Part shown: piece by piece, positions 27,905-38,005 of the stretch
Layout of the letters: each line of letters starts with the position of its first letter
Numbering within the stretch: position 1 is the stretch's first letter
Source: Dehalococcoidia bacterium
GTDB lineage: Bacteria; Chloroflexota; Dehalococcoidia; Lucifugimonadales; UBA3495
Assembly (NCBI GenBank): GCA_965197635.1
Contig: CBDANN010000005.1
Coordinates: 346,944-410,943 of the forward strand
Reading direction: 5' to 3'
DNA: 64,000 nt
Notes under the pieces: model-generated
The model's input: only the letters and a program-made list of their open reading frames with translations
What the model was told of the DNA's origin: nothing
Database searches by the model: none
Made by a program: the position numbers and the translations under genes

Positions 27905-28747
27905 ATGGACATCGGTTTGAATATGTCAATTTCCACCAACTCCATTGACGTGGCGGACATCGCAGCCAAAGCGGAAGCCATGGGTTTCGAGTCGATCTGG
28001 CTGCCGGAACATCCGGTGATGCCCGTGAATACTGCGTCGAAATATCCGGGCTCCCCTGACGGGTCCATCCCCAACTATATGAGCGACATGGCGGACCCGT
28101 ACATCGGCCTGGCCCGCGCCTCCGCGGTAACGAACACGATCAAACTCGGCACCGGCATCACACTGATCCCCGAGCGCAACCCCTTGGTGCTGGCCGGAGC
28201 CATCTCCACGTTGGACCGTTTTTCAGGCGGACGTTTCATCCTTGGCATCGGCACCGGTTGGTTGCGCGAGGAAACGGAAATTATGGGAGGCGACTTCGAC
28301 CATCGCTGGACACAAGCCAGGGAGGCCATCGAAGTGATGCGTGCGCTGTGGACCCAAGATGCTGCCGAGTATCACGGACGCCACTACGATTTCCCGCCCG
28401 TCCAATGCAATCCGAAGCCAGTCCAGGAAGGGGGCCCGCCGGTGATCCTGGGCGGCAACGCCCGCAACGTGTTCCGCCGGGTGGCTCGTTGGGGCGACGG
28501 CTGGATGCCCACGGCGTCCAGTCCGGACCAAATAGCCGCTGGCCGCGCCGCAATCGACGAGTTGGCCGAGGCGTCGGGCCGCGACCCTTCCGGCATCAAC
28601 ATCACCGTGTTCGGCCAGCCGGCGGACCGTGAGTTGATCTCTCGCTTTGAGGAAGCCGGCGCCAACCGCGTGATCATCCGTCTTCCCGACACCACCAGCG
28701 CCGCTGCTCTTGACGAGGTCGAGCGAATAGCGGAGGCAGCCTTGTGA
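27905..28747 (+). CDS. luciferase-like (LLM class) F420-dependent oxidoreductase
   Basis: 280 aa. ESIWLPEH...GTGWLREE...FPPVQCNPKPVQ pattern typical of LLM-class F420 enzymes. Confidence 0.75.
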   Translation: MDIGLNMSISTNSIDVADIAAKAEAMGFESIWLPEHPVMPVNTASKYPGSPDGSIPNYMSDMADPYIGLARASAVTNTIKLGTGITLIPERNPLVLAGAISTLDRFSGGRFILGIGTGWLREETEIMGGDFDHRWTQAREAIEVMRALWTQDAAEYHGRHYDFPPVQCNPKPVQEGGPPVILGGNARNVFRRVARWGDGWMPTASSPDQIAAGRAAIDELAEASGRDPSGINITVFGQPADRELISRFEEAGANRVIIRLPDTTSAAALDEVERIAEAAL

Positions 28748-29013
28748 TCACTTGACCCACACCACCATTCCGTGCGTGATGCGCCGGTTGCCTCCGCCTT
28801 TGGGGACGCGCGACCGGCGTTTCGTTATGACTATCAATACGCGAGATATATTCATATGCATGATATTGCATATTTGCTTCAGGAATAAACCGCTGGTTTC
28901 CTTTCGTCACGATGATGGCCCAACAATAAAGAATAGACTATAAAAAAACGTTTAACGTCGTTTTATTTTGATTATTATTCAGTTTCCGTAATAATTAGTC
29001 AAAAAATAGAGGT

Positions 29014-29042
29014 TTGACTCCAATATAGCATTTTTATATATT
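29014..29042 (+). promoter_or_regulatory. candidate sigma-70 promoter of ABC cassette 1
   Basis: TTGACT (29014-29019), N17, TATATT (29037-29042), inside a strongly AT-rich stretch about 85 nt upstream of the binding-protein start. Confidence 0.4.
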
Positions 29043-29125
29043 GATAACGTCAACCTCGCTGAAAAAGAGGCGGCCTGCGCCGTCTCTCGGAGTCGACAGT
29101 CGCACCGTATCGTGGGAGGGTCCAA

Positions 29126-31099
29126 ATGCTTATCCGACGGTTCATGACTTTTCCGGCTATCGCTCTTCTGGCTGCCCTAACCGCTACCGTGGTTATCGTG
29201 GGGTGCGGCGGCGCCGCCGAAGAGGCAACGGTCACTCGGACGCAAGCCGCTGATACCGGCTCTGCCCCGGCAGCTGCCCCCACCGACACGCCTTTGGCGG
29301 TCCGCGCCACCAATACTCCGGCGCCAGTGGCGGCCCAGCCCACTCCCACCCAACGCATTTCGGTGCAGCAGGTTGCTGCACGACCCACCCTGCCGCCGGA
29401 AGCCCTGCAAGGGGAACTGACCACCGACCGCCTCATTGTCGTGATCGACTCCCCGGTCCTGTCCTCCATGCTGGACTGTGAGGTAACGGGCTCCGGAGTG
29501 CTCGTTTACCGGATGTCTGCTGAGTACATGGTGGAAGCCGGCCGTTTCGACGGTTCATACGAGCCGATGCTGGCCACCGAGTGGAGTATCACACCGGATG
29601 GGCGGACCTGGAACTTCAAGCTGCGCCAGGGTGTTCCCTGGCAACATGGGTGGGGTGAATACACTGCTCAGGACGTGTCTCATTCCATGGACTACTACAC
29701 CAATCCCGAGTGCCGGGCCACCTACTCCGACTATTTCCGCACCGACCCGGGAACCGAAGTGGAAATCGTCAATGACTATGAAGTCAATATGCATATGCAG
29801 CTGCGCCCGGCGGTGGACTTCCTCTATTGGCTATTCCAGTTATCGTGGCATCCCCCAAAGCAGCAGCGACCAGTGGCACCAGGACTGTCCCAACGGGGAG
29901 GCCGACTACGGAACTACTGAGACTGGCGTCCCAACGGGATATTGCAAAGCCAGTCGCGACAAGGTGTATGAGCAGTCGGCCCGCACCGGCCCTTACCAAT
30001 TCGTCAGTTTCGAGGAAAACGTAGGTTGGGAGTGGGAAGTCGTTCCCTACGACCACTGGCGGGTCGATCCCGATTTCGCCGAGCTTGAAATCAAGGACGT
30101 CAAGGAAGCGGCTACGCGCCTGGCCATCATGTTGGCCCGGGAGGGGCATGTCGCGGCCATCAATCGCGCCCTGCTGAGCGATGCCATCAACGGTGGGCTG
30201 GAGGTCTTTGACAGCTCGGTGACAGCGAACACGACCTTTGCCCTGTTCGGCGGCCTGTATTACACCACCGGTGAAACGGGCGTTAATCCCAACTTGCCCC
30301 CGGAAAAGCAGGCAGAACTTCGGGAGCAATACAACATCGTGGCGGCCCGCGACGAGGAAAACCCCTGGAACATTCCTGGGGAGACTGGTCGGATGGTCCG
30401 CCAGGCCATCAACAAAGCCATCAACCGCGACGAGATCAACGCGGCCATCTTCAGGGGAGCGGGAGGTCGTCAGTGGGTCTCCACGCTGGCGCCTGAACTT
30501 CCCGCAGGTTACAACCCGGCCTGGGAGGAAAAGTGGGACGAGCTCTACGGATACGATCCGGAACGGGCGAAAGAACTCCTGGCCGAGGCCGGTTTCCCCG
30601 AAGGGTTCTCGTTCCGGGTGCCAACGTACACGTTGTCCGGAGTGCCTGAGATGCCGGACATGATGGAAGCCATGGCCAAGTATTGGCGGGAAATTGGTCT
30701 GGACCCGCAACTCGACCCCTTAGAAGTTTGCCACGTGGCGCAACCACTACCGCGGCCTGGACACCGACTGCTGCGTGTTACCCGCTCCGTGGCCCCGCGT
30801 CTCCGGTAGATACCCGAGTTCACTTCTACTACAGCGCGGAGCGCTTCATCCGCGCTTACACCAGCGACGCCATCCAGGAAACCAAGAACAGAGCATTGCG
30901 CGCGCTGAACGAAGCCGACGCCACCGAAGACTGGCAAAAAGTCACCGACGAGATTTACTACCAATCTGGATCCATCCCTGGTTGGACCCTACCTGTGAGC
31001 GCAGTGGTTAACCCCGATGTAATTGCCGAGTACATCTTCCTGGGACCGAACAACGGAAACTACGTCTACCTGGAATACGTCAAAGGCGTTCGGGAATAG
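29126..31099 (+). pseudogene. family-5 ABC substrate-binding lipoprotein, frameshifted (cassette 1)
   Basis: Homologous along its whole length to the intact paralog at 33717..35705 but split over ORFs 29126.., 29598.., 30775.. and 30683... There are single-nt insertions at about 29831, 30726-30735 and 30778-30787. Confidence 0.8.
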
Positions 31100-31122
31100 A
31101 TGGAGCAGGGATTGTCGTGCTG

Positions 31123-31160
31123 CTACCCGGTGTCGACGCGTTTTCGCCTGCGTCGGGTAG
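31123..31160 (+). other. stem-loop between binding-protein gene and permease gene (cassette 1)
   Basis: CTACCCG...CGACGC-N10-GCGTCG...CGGGTAG nested inverted repeat. Confidence 0.4.
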
Positions 31161-31244
31161 CGCCTGTCGAACCAAACGACCAAGGTCTTGCGACAGACGC
31201 ATCAGACGGTAGTTTGGCAGTCATCCTCCAAGAGGACCAGCATC

Positions 31245-32159
31245 ATGCAGCGATTTATCGTATTGCGCCTCCTTCAAGGGTTGTTGGCGGTGTTCGTAAT
31301 CAGCCTGGTAGTGTTCGCTTTGTCCAGAGTTGCCGGGGACCCCCTGGCGGCCATCCTGGATGACGAGACCGGCAAGGAGCAAATCGAATTGCTCCGAAGA
31401 GAATGGGGGCTGGACAAGCCGCTTCACGTCCAGTACCTGACTTACATGAAGAGGCTGCTGACGGGTGATCTGGGCACGTCCTTCAAGTGGGACCGGCCAG
31501 TTTTGGAGCTGATCGCCGAAAAATTGCCCGCTACCATCCAGCTGTCCGCTTTCGCGCTCATCATCACTGGATTGATCGCTTTTCCGGTGGGGGTTTTGTC
31601 CGCAGTCAAAAAAGACTCCTTATTCGATACCGGCGGGAAGATGTTCGCGATTCTGGGGCAATCCGCTCCAACCTTCGCCGTCGGCCTGATACTGATGTGG
31701 GTGTTCGCCGTTCAGTTCGACGTGTTCCCCACCTCCGGCAAGGGCGGCGTCCTGCACATGATATTGCCCGGTTTCGCCTTGGGTTACTACAACGTCGCGG
31801 CGATTATGCGCCTCACCCGCTCGTCCATGTTGGAAGTGCTGGACACCGAATACGTGAAACTGGCCCGCATCAAGGGCATTGCGGAATGGAAGATCATCTG
31901 GAAGCACTGCTTCCGCAATGCCTTGATTGTCCCCATCACCTTCTTCAGCCTGATCGGAGCGGTCCTCATCACCGGTTCGGTGGTTATCGAGACCGTGTTC
32001 GCATGGCCGGGAGTGGGCCAACTGGTAATTCAAGCCATCGTCGCGAAGGACCACATCACGGTACAGGCGGTCGTCATGATGTTTGCTCTGCTGTACATCG
32101 GCATCAACATCGTGACGGACATCGCTTACGCCTACGTTGATCCCCGGATCCGGTACTGA
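31245..32159 (+). CDS. ABC peptide/nickel-type permease (DppB/OppB-like), cassette 1
   Basis: ATG 31245 (MQRFIVLRLLQGL). Classical N-terminus and EAA-like loop of the family. About 85 percent identical by eye to 35850..36767. Confidence 0.9.
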   Translation: MQRFIVLRLLQGLLAVFVISLVVFALSRVAGDPLAAILDDETGKEQIELLRREWGLDKPLHVQYLTYMKRLLTGDLGTSFKWDRPVLELIAEKLPATIQLSAFALIITGLIAFPVGVLSAVKKDSLFDTGGKMFAILGQSAPTFAVGLILMWVFAVQFDVFPTSGKGGVLHMILPGFALGYYNVAAIMRLTRSSMLEVLDTEYVKLARIKGIAEWKIIWKHCFRNALIVPITFFSLIGAVLITGSVVIETVFAWPGVGQLVIQAIVAKDHITVQAVVMMFALLYIGINIVTDIAYAYVDPRIRY

Positions 32160-32193
32160 CCGGTTCCTGACCCCATCTCGAGAGGAACTGAAT

Positions 32194-33282
32194 ATGGCTG
32201 TGCAAGCGAGCGCCCCGGGATCCGCGGGCGAAGTCCAACAAGCGGCGCCGGCCATTGGCGGCTTTTCCATTGGACGGACAATCCGTCAAGCTCGCCGCTT
32301 TCCGGTGGTCGCTTTGTTGGTCCTGGTGGTCGTGCTGGTTGTCCCCGCCATTTTCGCGAACTTGATCGCGCCTCACGACCAAATTAATGGAGACTTGGAT
32401 CGTGCGCTCGAACCGCCCGGATGGGTTCGAGAGCGCCATACCGAGTTGGTAATCGTCAACCGCGTCAGGGATAGTAGCAGCGAAATGAGCGTGCGCAACG
32501 CCGCGCGCACGGTGGCGGACGGTTCGACCACGCTGATAGACGCCAACGGAAACGGTCAGGCTGACCTCGGTGAAGCGGTGGTGCGCCTCGACCGTGGCGG
32601 GAGTTGGGAATACCCGTTGGGTACCGACAAACAGGGACGCGACGTCCTGAGCCGCATCATCTATGGATCACGAGTTTCTCTTATGGTGTCCATGCTGGCA
32701 ATTTTGCTGGGCGGTATTTTGGGTACGGCCCTGGGCATGATTGCCGCATTCCGCGGCGGCCTGACCGATGCCATCGTTATGCGCATCGTTGACATCAAAC
32801 TGGCTTTCCCGTCAATCCTGCTGGCGCTGACTTTGGTGTCTGCCATCGGCTCCGGGTTCAGCACCGTGATTATCGTAATCGCCTTGCTGCTTTGGGCGAG
32901 GTACGCTCGCGTCGTGCGAGGTGACGCCCTGGCGATCAAGCAACGCGATTTTATCGACCGGGCCCGCGTTTCGGGCGCGTCCAACCTTCGCATAATGCTG
33001 TGGCACATCTTCCCCAACGTGGTGAACACCGTGGTTGTGCTGGCCACGTTGGAGGTCGGACACGTCATCATATTGGAATCGACCCTCAGCTTCCTGGGCG
33101 CCGGCATCCCGGCGCCGACCCCGGCTTGGGGCGTAATGGCCGCCGACGGGCGGGAGCTCATCACCAGCAGTTGGTGGATCTTCCTGTTCCCCTGCCTGGC
33201 CATCGTCCTCACCGTGCTGTCCATGAACCTCTTGGGCGACTGGCTCCGCGATCGACTCGACCCCAAACTGAGGAACGTCTAG
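32194..33282 (+). CDS. ABC peptide/nickel-type permease (DppC/OppC-like), cassette 1
   Basis: ATG 32194. GTDKQGRDVLSRIIYG motif and a long periplasmic insertion after TM1. Confidence 0.9.
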   Translation: MAVQASAPGSAGEVQQAAPAIGGFSIGRTIRQARRFPVVALLVLVVVLVVPAIFANLIAPHDQINGDLDRALEPPGWVRERHTELVIVNRVRDSSSEMSVRNAARTVADGSTTLIDANGNGQADLGEAVVRLDRGGSWEYPLGTDKQGRDVLSRIIYGSRVSLMVSMLAILLGGILGTALGMIAAFRGGLTDAIVMRIVDIKLAFPSILLALTLVSAIGSGFSTVIIVIALLLWARYARVVRGDALAIKQRDFIDRARVSGASNLRIMLWHIFPNVVNTVVVLATLEVGHVIILESTLSFLGAGIPAPTPAWGVMAADGRELITSSWWIFLFPCLAIVLTVLSMNLLGDWLRDRLDPKLRNV

Positions 33283-33367
33283 CCTTCTCACCGAGAGGGC
33301 CGACCTTACGAATCAAACATACTCCTATCCGCGGGGGCTTTCGGTTCTCCACTACCGCCGCGATCTC

Positions 33368-33443
33368 GTCACTCTGGCGAAAGCCGGAATCCAGAACGTC
33401 TTTGCTGCAAGAGACGCCGGATTCCGGCTCTCGCCAGAGTGAC
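33368..33443. repeat. long near-perfect hairpin (about 25-bp arms)
   Basis: GTCACTCTGGCGAAAGCCGGAATCC ... CCGGATTCCGGCTCTCGCCAGAGTGAC. The GGCGAAAG-CGGA-TCC core recurs inside the MITE at about 27699-27725. Confidence 0.7.
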
Positions 33444-33590
33444 GGCAGGGCGCGCGGGAGTGACGGGTAGGGTATTTTCATGGCAATTCGGAGCAACTCG
33501 TTACGGTGATGCGGGGGGCGCTGTGGATGCAATGGTCGGCATAACCCGATCCCTTACGAATTCCGTATATCTCTGTCAACAATGGCGGAT

Positions 33591-33632
33591 TTGACTACAT
33601 CGCCAATGTTGCCTATATAATGTTGCCTATAT
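33591..33632 (+). promoter_or_regulatory. candidate sigma-70 promoter of ABC cassette 2, with a tandem 14-bp duplication
   Basis: TTGACT (33591-33596), N17, TATATA (33614-33619). AATGTTGCCTATAT is repeated exactly in tandem (33605-33618 and 33619-33632). Confidence 0.4.
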
Positions 33633-33716
33633 TGCGTGCGCTGACACTATGACCAGACTGGCTGTGACCCGCCAGCGGTCGCGCTTGACAACCTGAACCA
33701 CATCGCGGAGAGGACC

Positions 33717-35705
33717 ATGGTTTATCGACGGTTTTTGAAGTTCCCGGTCGTTGCCCTGTCGGTGGCGTTAGCCGCCACGGTGGTTATTGTAGGATGCGGC
33801 GGCGCAGCTGAGCAGGGAGCGGCTGCTCCCACTCAGGCCGCCGCTACTGGCGGTGGCGCGGCGGCTCCGGCCCCACCCACCGACATGCCGGCTGCAGTCC
33901 GAGCCACGAATACCCCGGTTCCTGGGGGGGCAGCGGTAGAACCCACTCCCACGCAGCGTATTTCGGTGCTGCCAGCCCGGCCCACTCCTACTGCAACTCC
34001 GGTTGGGCAAGAGCCCGAAGGAGAGTTGGCAACTACCCGGCTAATCGCGGTCGTTGACCCGCCTTCCCTGGAGTCGATGCTGGACTGCGAAGTAACCGGG
34101 TCAGGGGTGCTCAATTACCGTATGTCCGCTGAGTGGATGGTGGACGCCAGCCGGTTTGACGGCTCCTATGAGCCGATGCTGGCTACTGAATGGAGCGTTT
34201 CCGAAGATGCCCGCACCTGGAACTTCAAGCTGCGGCAGGGCGTGCGCTGGCATGACGATTGGGGCGAGTTCACTGCCCGGGACGTCAAGCACTCCATGGC
34301 TTACTACACCAATCCCGAATGCCGAGCATCGTATTCGGACTATTTCCGCAACGACCCCGGCGCTGAGGTTGAAATAGTCAACGACTACGAGGTTAACCTT
34401 CATATGAAGCGACGCCCTGCCGTTGACTTCGTATACTGGTACTCCGGTTATCGCGGCATCCCGCATAGCAGTAGCGCCCAGTGGAACCAGGATTGCCCCA
34501 ACGGCGAAGCCGACTACGGCACTAACGAGGCCGGCGAGCCGCTGAACTACTGCAAGGCCAGCCGGGATGCCACCGCTGAAAAACCGGCCCGCACCGGCCC
34601 TTACGAATTCGTCAGCTTTGAGGAAGGCGTCGGCTGGCAATGGGAGCGAGTCGATTACGACCACTGGCGGATCAATCCTGATTTTGCCGAGATTGAACTG
34701 AAGGACGTGCGCGAATCCGCCACCCGCCTGGCGATTATGCAGGCCCGCGAAGGCCATATCGCCACCATCAACCGGGCGCTGTTGCAGGACGCTATCGATG
34801 ACGGCCTGGAAGTCGTTGACAGCTCGGTCACCTCAATAACCGCCTTCGCCCTCTTTGGCGGCATGTATTTCGCCACCGGCGCCAAAGGCGTTCCCACCGA
34901 CCTTCCGGCAGAGCAGCAGGCTGACATCCGGGCAAGCTATGATATCGTCGCCGCTCGCGACGAGAAGATGCCTTGGAGCGAGGCCGACGAAAGCGGTCGC
35001 CTGGTTCGCATGGCGATGAACAAAGCCATTGACCGGGACCAGATCAACAATGCCATCTTCCAAGGCGTCGGTGGGAAGCAATGGGTCGCCACCCTGACTC
35101 CCGACTTCCCCGGCGGCTACAGCGCGGAGTGGGAAGACCGCTGGGAAGAACTGTATGGTTATGATCCGGACAAAGCCCGCGAACTGCTCGTCGAAGCCGG
35201 ATACCCCGAAGGATTCTCCTTCCGTGTTCCTGTATTCGTTCTGGGCGGCGTGCCCGAACTCCCCGATATGATGGAGGCCATGGCCAAGTTCTGGACCGAA
35301 ATCGGCCTGGAGCCCCAGCTGGACCCCATCGAATTCTCCAACTGGCGCAACAACTACCGCGGCCTGGATACCGACTGCTGTGTCTATGGTTTCCGCGGAC
35401 CGGCCGCGCCCATCGACACCCGCGTTCACTTCTACTTTAGCGCCGAACGGTTCTTCCGGGCCCACACCAGCGACGAAATCCAAGAATGGAAAAACCAGGC
35501 CTTGCGCGCCCTTAACGAGGCCGACGCAGAGGGGCAGTGGCAAAACGTATCCGACCAACTCTTCTACGATGTGGGCACCATCCCCGGCTGGACCATGCCC
35601 ATCAGCGCAACCATCGACCCCGAAGTGGTGGCCGAGTACGTGTTCCTGGGGCCCAATCAGGGCAGCTTCATCTACCTGGAGTACGTCAAAGGCGTGCGCG
35701 AGTAA
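33717..35705 (+). CDS. family-5 ABC substrate-binding lipoprotein (cassette 2)
   Basis: 662 aa. Lipobox VIVGC, Ala/Pro/Thr-rich linker, SBP_bac_5-like body. Confidence 0.9.
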   Translation: MVYRRFLKFPVVALSVALAATVVIVGCGGAAEQGAAAPTQAAATGGGAAAPAPPTDMPAAVRATNTPVPGGAAVEPTPTQRISVLPARPTPTATPVGQEPEGELATTRLIAVVDPPSLESMLDCEVTGSGVLNYRMSAEWMVDASRFDGSYEPMLATEWSVSEDARTWNFKLRQGVRWHDDWGEFTARDVKHSMAYYTNPECRASYSDYFRNDPGAEVEIVNDYEVNLHMKRRPAVDFVYWYSGYRGIPHSSSAQWNQDCPNGEADYGTNEAGEPLNYCKASRDATAEKPARTGPYEFVSFEEGVGWQWERVDYDHWRINPDFAEIELKDVRESATRLAIMQAREGHIATINRALLQDAIDDGLEVVDSSVTSITAFALFGGMYFATGAKGVPTDLPAEQQADIRASYDIVAARDEKMPWSEADESGRLVRMAMNKAIDRDQINNAIFQGVGGKQWVATLTPDFPGGYSAEWEDRWEELYGYDPDKARELLVEAGYPEGFSFRVPVFVLGGVPELPDMMEAMAKFWTEIGLEPQLDPIEFSNWRNNYRGLDTDCCVYGFRGPAAPIDTRVHFYFSAERFFRAHTSDEIQEWKNQALRALNEADAEGQWQNVSDQLFYDVGTIPGWTMPISATIDPEVVAEYVFLGPNQGSFIYLEYVKGVRE

Positions 35706-35849
35706 TTCACATCCGCGCAAAGGACGCTAACCCTTGACGCTGACGGCTCAAACCGCAGCGTTGGGGGTCTGTCGCCAACTACATCAGGCGCAACGAACCA
35801 TACTGCCATTCCCGGTTCACTCAACAACCGGCAAGTGGGGCGAACTATC

Positions 35850-36767
35850 ATGCAGAGATTCATCGTACTGAGAATTTTACAGGGGCTACTGGCAGTGTTC
35901 GTCATCAGCCTGATTGTCTTTGCCCTCTCCCGAGTGGCCGGTGATCCGCTGGCTGCCATTCTGGATGACGAAGCCGGCAAGGAGCAGATTGAACTGCTTC
36001 GCAAAAGCTGGGGACTCGACCAACCGCTCCATGTCCAATATTTCACTTATACGCGCCGTCTGTTGACCGGAGACTTGGGGGTATCATTTCGATGGGACCG
36101 CCCGGTTGCCGAACTGATCGCAGAAAGGCTCCCCGCCACCGTGCAGCTTTCCTCGTTCGCGTTGGTCATTACCGGCCTGATTGCCTTTCCCATCGGCGTG
36201 CTGTCGGCAGTGAGAAAAGACTCCCTGTTTGACACCGGCGGAAAAATGTTCGCCATATTGGGACAGTCGGCTCCGACTTTTGCGGTTGGCCTGATTCTGA
36301 TGTGGCTTTTCGCGGTTCAGCTGGGATGGCTGCCCACGTCCGGCAAAGGCGGCTTGAGACATATGCTGCTGCCGGGCTTTGCGCTGGGTTACTACAACGT
36401 GGCGGCAATCATGCGCCTAACCCGCTCCTCAATGCTGGACGTGCTGGATACCGAGTACGTGAAACTGGCCCGTATCAAAGGCATACCGGAATGGAAAATT
36501 GTCTGGAAACATTGCTTCCGCAACGCACTGATCGGACCGCTGACTTATTTCAGCCTGATTTTCGCGGTGATCATCACCGGCTCGGTGGTCATTGAAACCG
36601 TTTTCGCCTGGCCGGGCCTGGGGCTGATGGTCATTGAAGCCATCAACTCCAAAGACCACATCGTTGTTCAAGCCGTGGTGATGCTGTTCGCGTTGCTGTA
36701 TGTCGGGATTAACATCGTCACCGACATCACCTACGCTTATGTTGACCCGCGCATCCGTTACGGCTAG
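35850..36767 (+). CDS. ABC permease (DppB-like), cassette 2
   Basis: ATG 35850 (MQRFIVLRILQGL). Paralog of 31245.. and 40090... Confidence 0.9.
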   Translation: MQRFIVLRILQGLLAVFVISLIVFALSRVAGDPLAAILDDEAGKEQIELLRKSWGLDQPLHVQYFTYTRRLLTGDLGVSFRWDRPVAELIAERLPATVQLSSFALVITGLIAFPIGVLSAVRKDSLFDTGGKMFAILGQSAPTFAVGLILMWLFAVQLGWLPTSGKGGLRHMLLPGFALGYYNVAAIMRLTRSSMLDVLDTEYVKLARIKGIPEWKIVWKHCFRNALIGPLTYFSLIFAVIITGSVVIETVFAWPGLGLMVIEAINSKDHIVVQAVVMLFALLYVGINIVTDITYAYVDPRIRYG

Positions 36768-36838
36768 AACGCCCTTGGACTGTGTCACCGGTTCGATAAG
36801 ACCGATCGCATTGTCCTGAACATCGGAGGAAAAGGATA

Positions 36839-37933
36839 ATGGCCGTACAAACGACTGCGCCGGGCGGGCCAGTTGACGCTTTGGCAGGGGCCGCTCCCGC
36901 CGCCCGGGGGTTTTCCCTGGGCCGGGCTTGGCGCGAATTTCGCCGCTTTCCGGTGGTGCCGCTTTGCGTGTTGATTTTCCTGCTGATTATCCCGGCGATT
37001 TTCGCCGACCTGCTGTCCCCCCATAGCCATATCATCGGAGACCTGGACCATGCGCTGGAACCGCCGGGCTGGGTTCCCGACCGAGAGAAAAGCCAGGTTG
37101 TAGTTCAGCGTGTTAAAGACAAGAACCCCAACGAAGTCAGTATCAGAAACGCTCAACGTAACCTGGACAACGGTGTTGCCACTCTGAGGGACGCCAACGG
37201 CAACGGCGCGGTTGACCTGGGCGAAACGATGGTGAGGGCTGAACCGGGCGGGAGCTGGGAGTATCCCTTCGGCACTGACAAGCAGGGGCGGGATTTGCTG
37301 AGCCGAATGATGCACGGCGCCCGCATCTCCCTGGCCGTCTCCTGCCTAGCCATTTTGGTCGGGGGAGTATTGGGCACCGGCCTGGGGATGCTGGCGGCTT
37401 TCCGGGGTGGCTTCCTCGACGCCTTGGTAATGCGTATTGTGGACATCAAACTGGCTTTCCCGTCAATACTGCTGGCGCTCACGCTCGTCGTCGCCATCGG
37501 CTCCGGGTTCAGCACCGTTATCATAGTCATCGCGCTGCTGCTCTGGGCCCGCTATGCCCGGGTAGTGCGCGGCGAAGCTTTGGCCATCCGCGAACGCGAC
37601 TTCATCGACCGGGCCAGAGTCGCCGGCGCGTCCAACTTGCGGATTATGGGGCGGCATATTTTCCCCAACGTGTTCAATACGGTGATTGTGCTGGCGACGC
37701 TGGAGGTGGGCCACGTCATCATCCTGGAAGCCACTCTGAGCTTCCTGGGGGCCGGCATTCCTCGGCCCAACCCCGCATGGGGTTTGATGGCCGCCGACGG
37801 CAGGGAGGTCATCACCAGTTCTTGGTGGATTTTCATGTTCCCTTGTTTGGCAATTGTGCTCACCGTGCTGTCCATGAATCTGCTGGGCGACTGGCTGCGC
37901 GACCGACTCGACCCTAAGCTCAGAAACGTATAA
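36839..37933 (+). CDS. ABC permease (DppC-like), cassette 2
   Basis: 364 aa. GTDKQGRDLLSRMMHG motif. Paralog of 32194.. and 41066... Confidence 0.9.
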   Translation: MAVQTTAPGGPVDALAGAAPAARGFSLGRAWREFRRFPVVPLCVLIFLLIIPAIFADLLSPHSHIIGDLDHALEPPGWVPDREKSQVVVQRVKDKNPNEVSIRNAQRNLDNGVATLRDANGNGAVDLGETMVRAEPGGSWEYPFGTDKQGRDLLSRMMHGARISLAVSCLAILVGGVLGTGLGMLAAFRGGFLDALVMRIVDIKLAFPSILLALTLVVAIGSGFSTVIIVIALLLWARYARVVRGEALAIRERDFIDRARVAGASNLRIMGRHIFPNVFNTVIVLATLEVGHVIILEATLSFLGAGIPRPNPAWGLMAADGREVITSSWWIFMFPCLAIVLTVLSMNLLGDWLRDRLDPKLRNV

Positions 37934-38005
37934 GATGCGCGGGCCGAGAGGCTTGGTTCCTCTGACGAGGGACCACACCAAACATTCTCGTTTTCGGAGG
38001 ACTGA

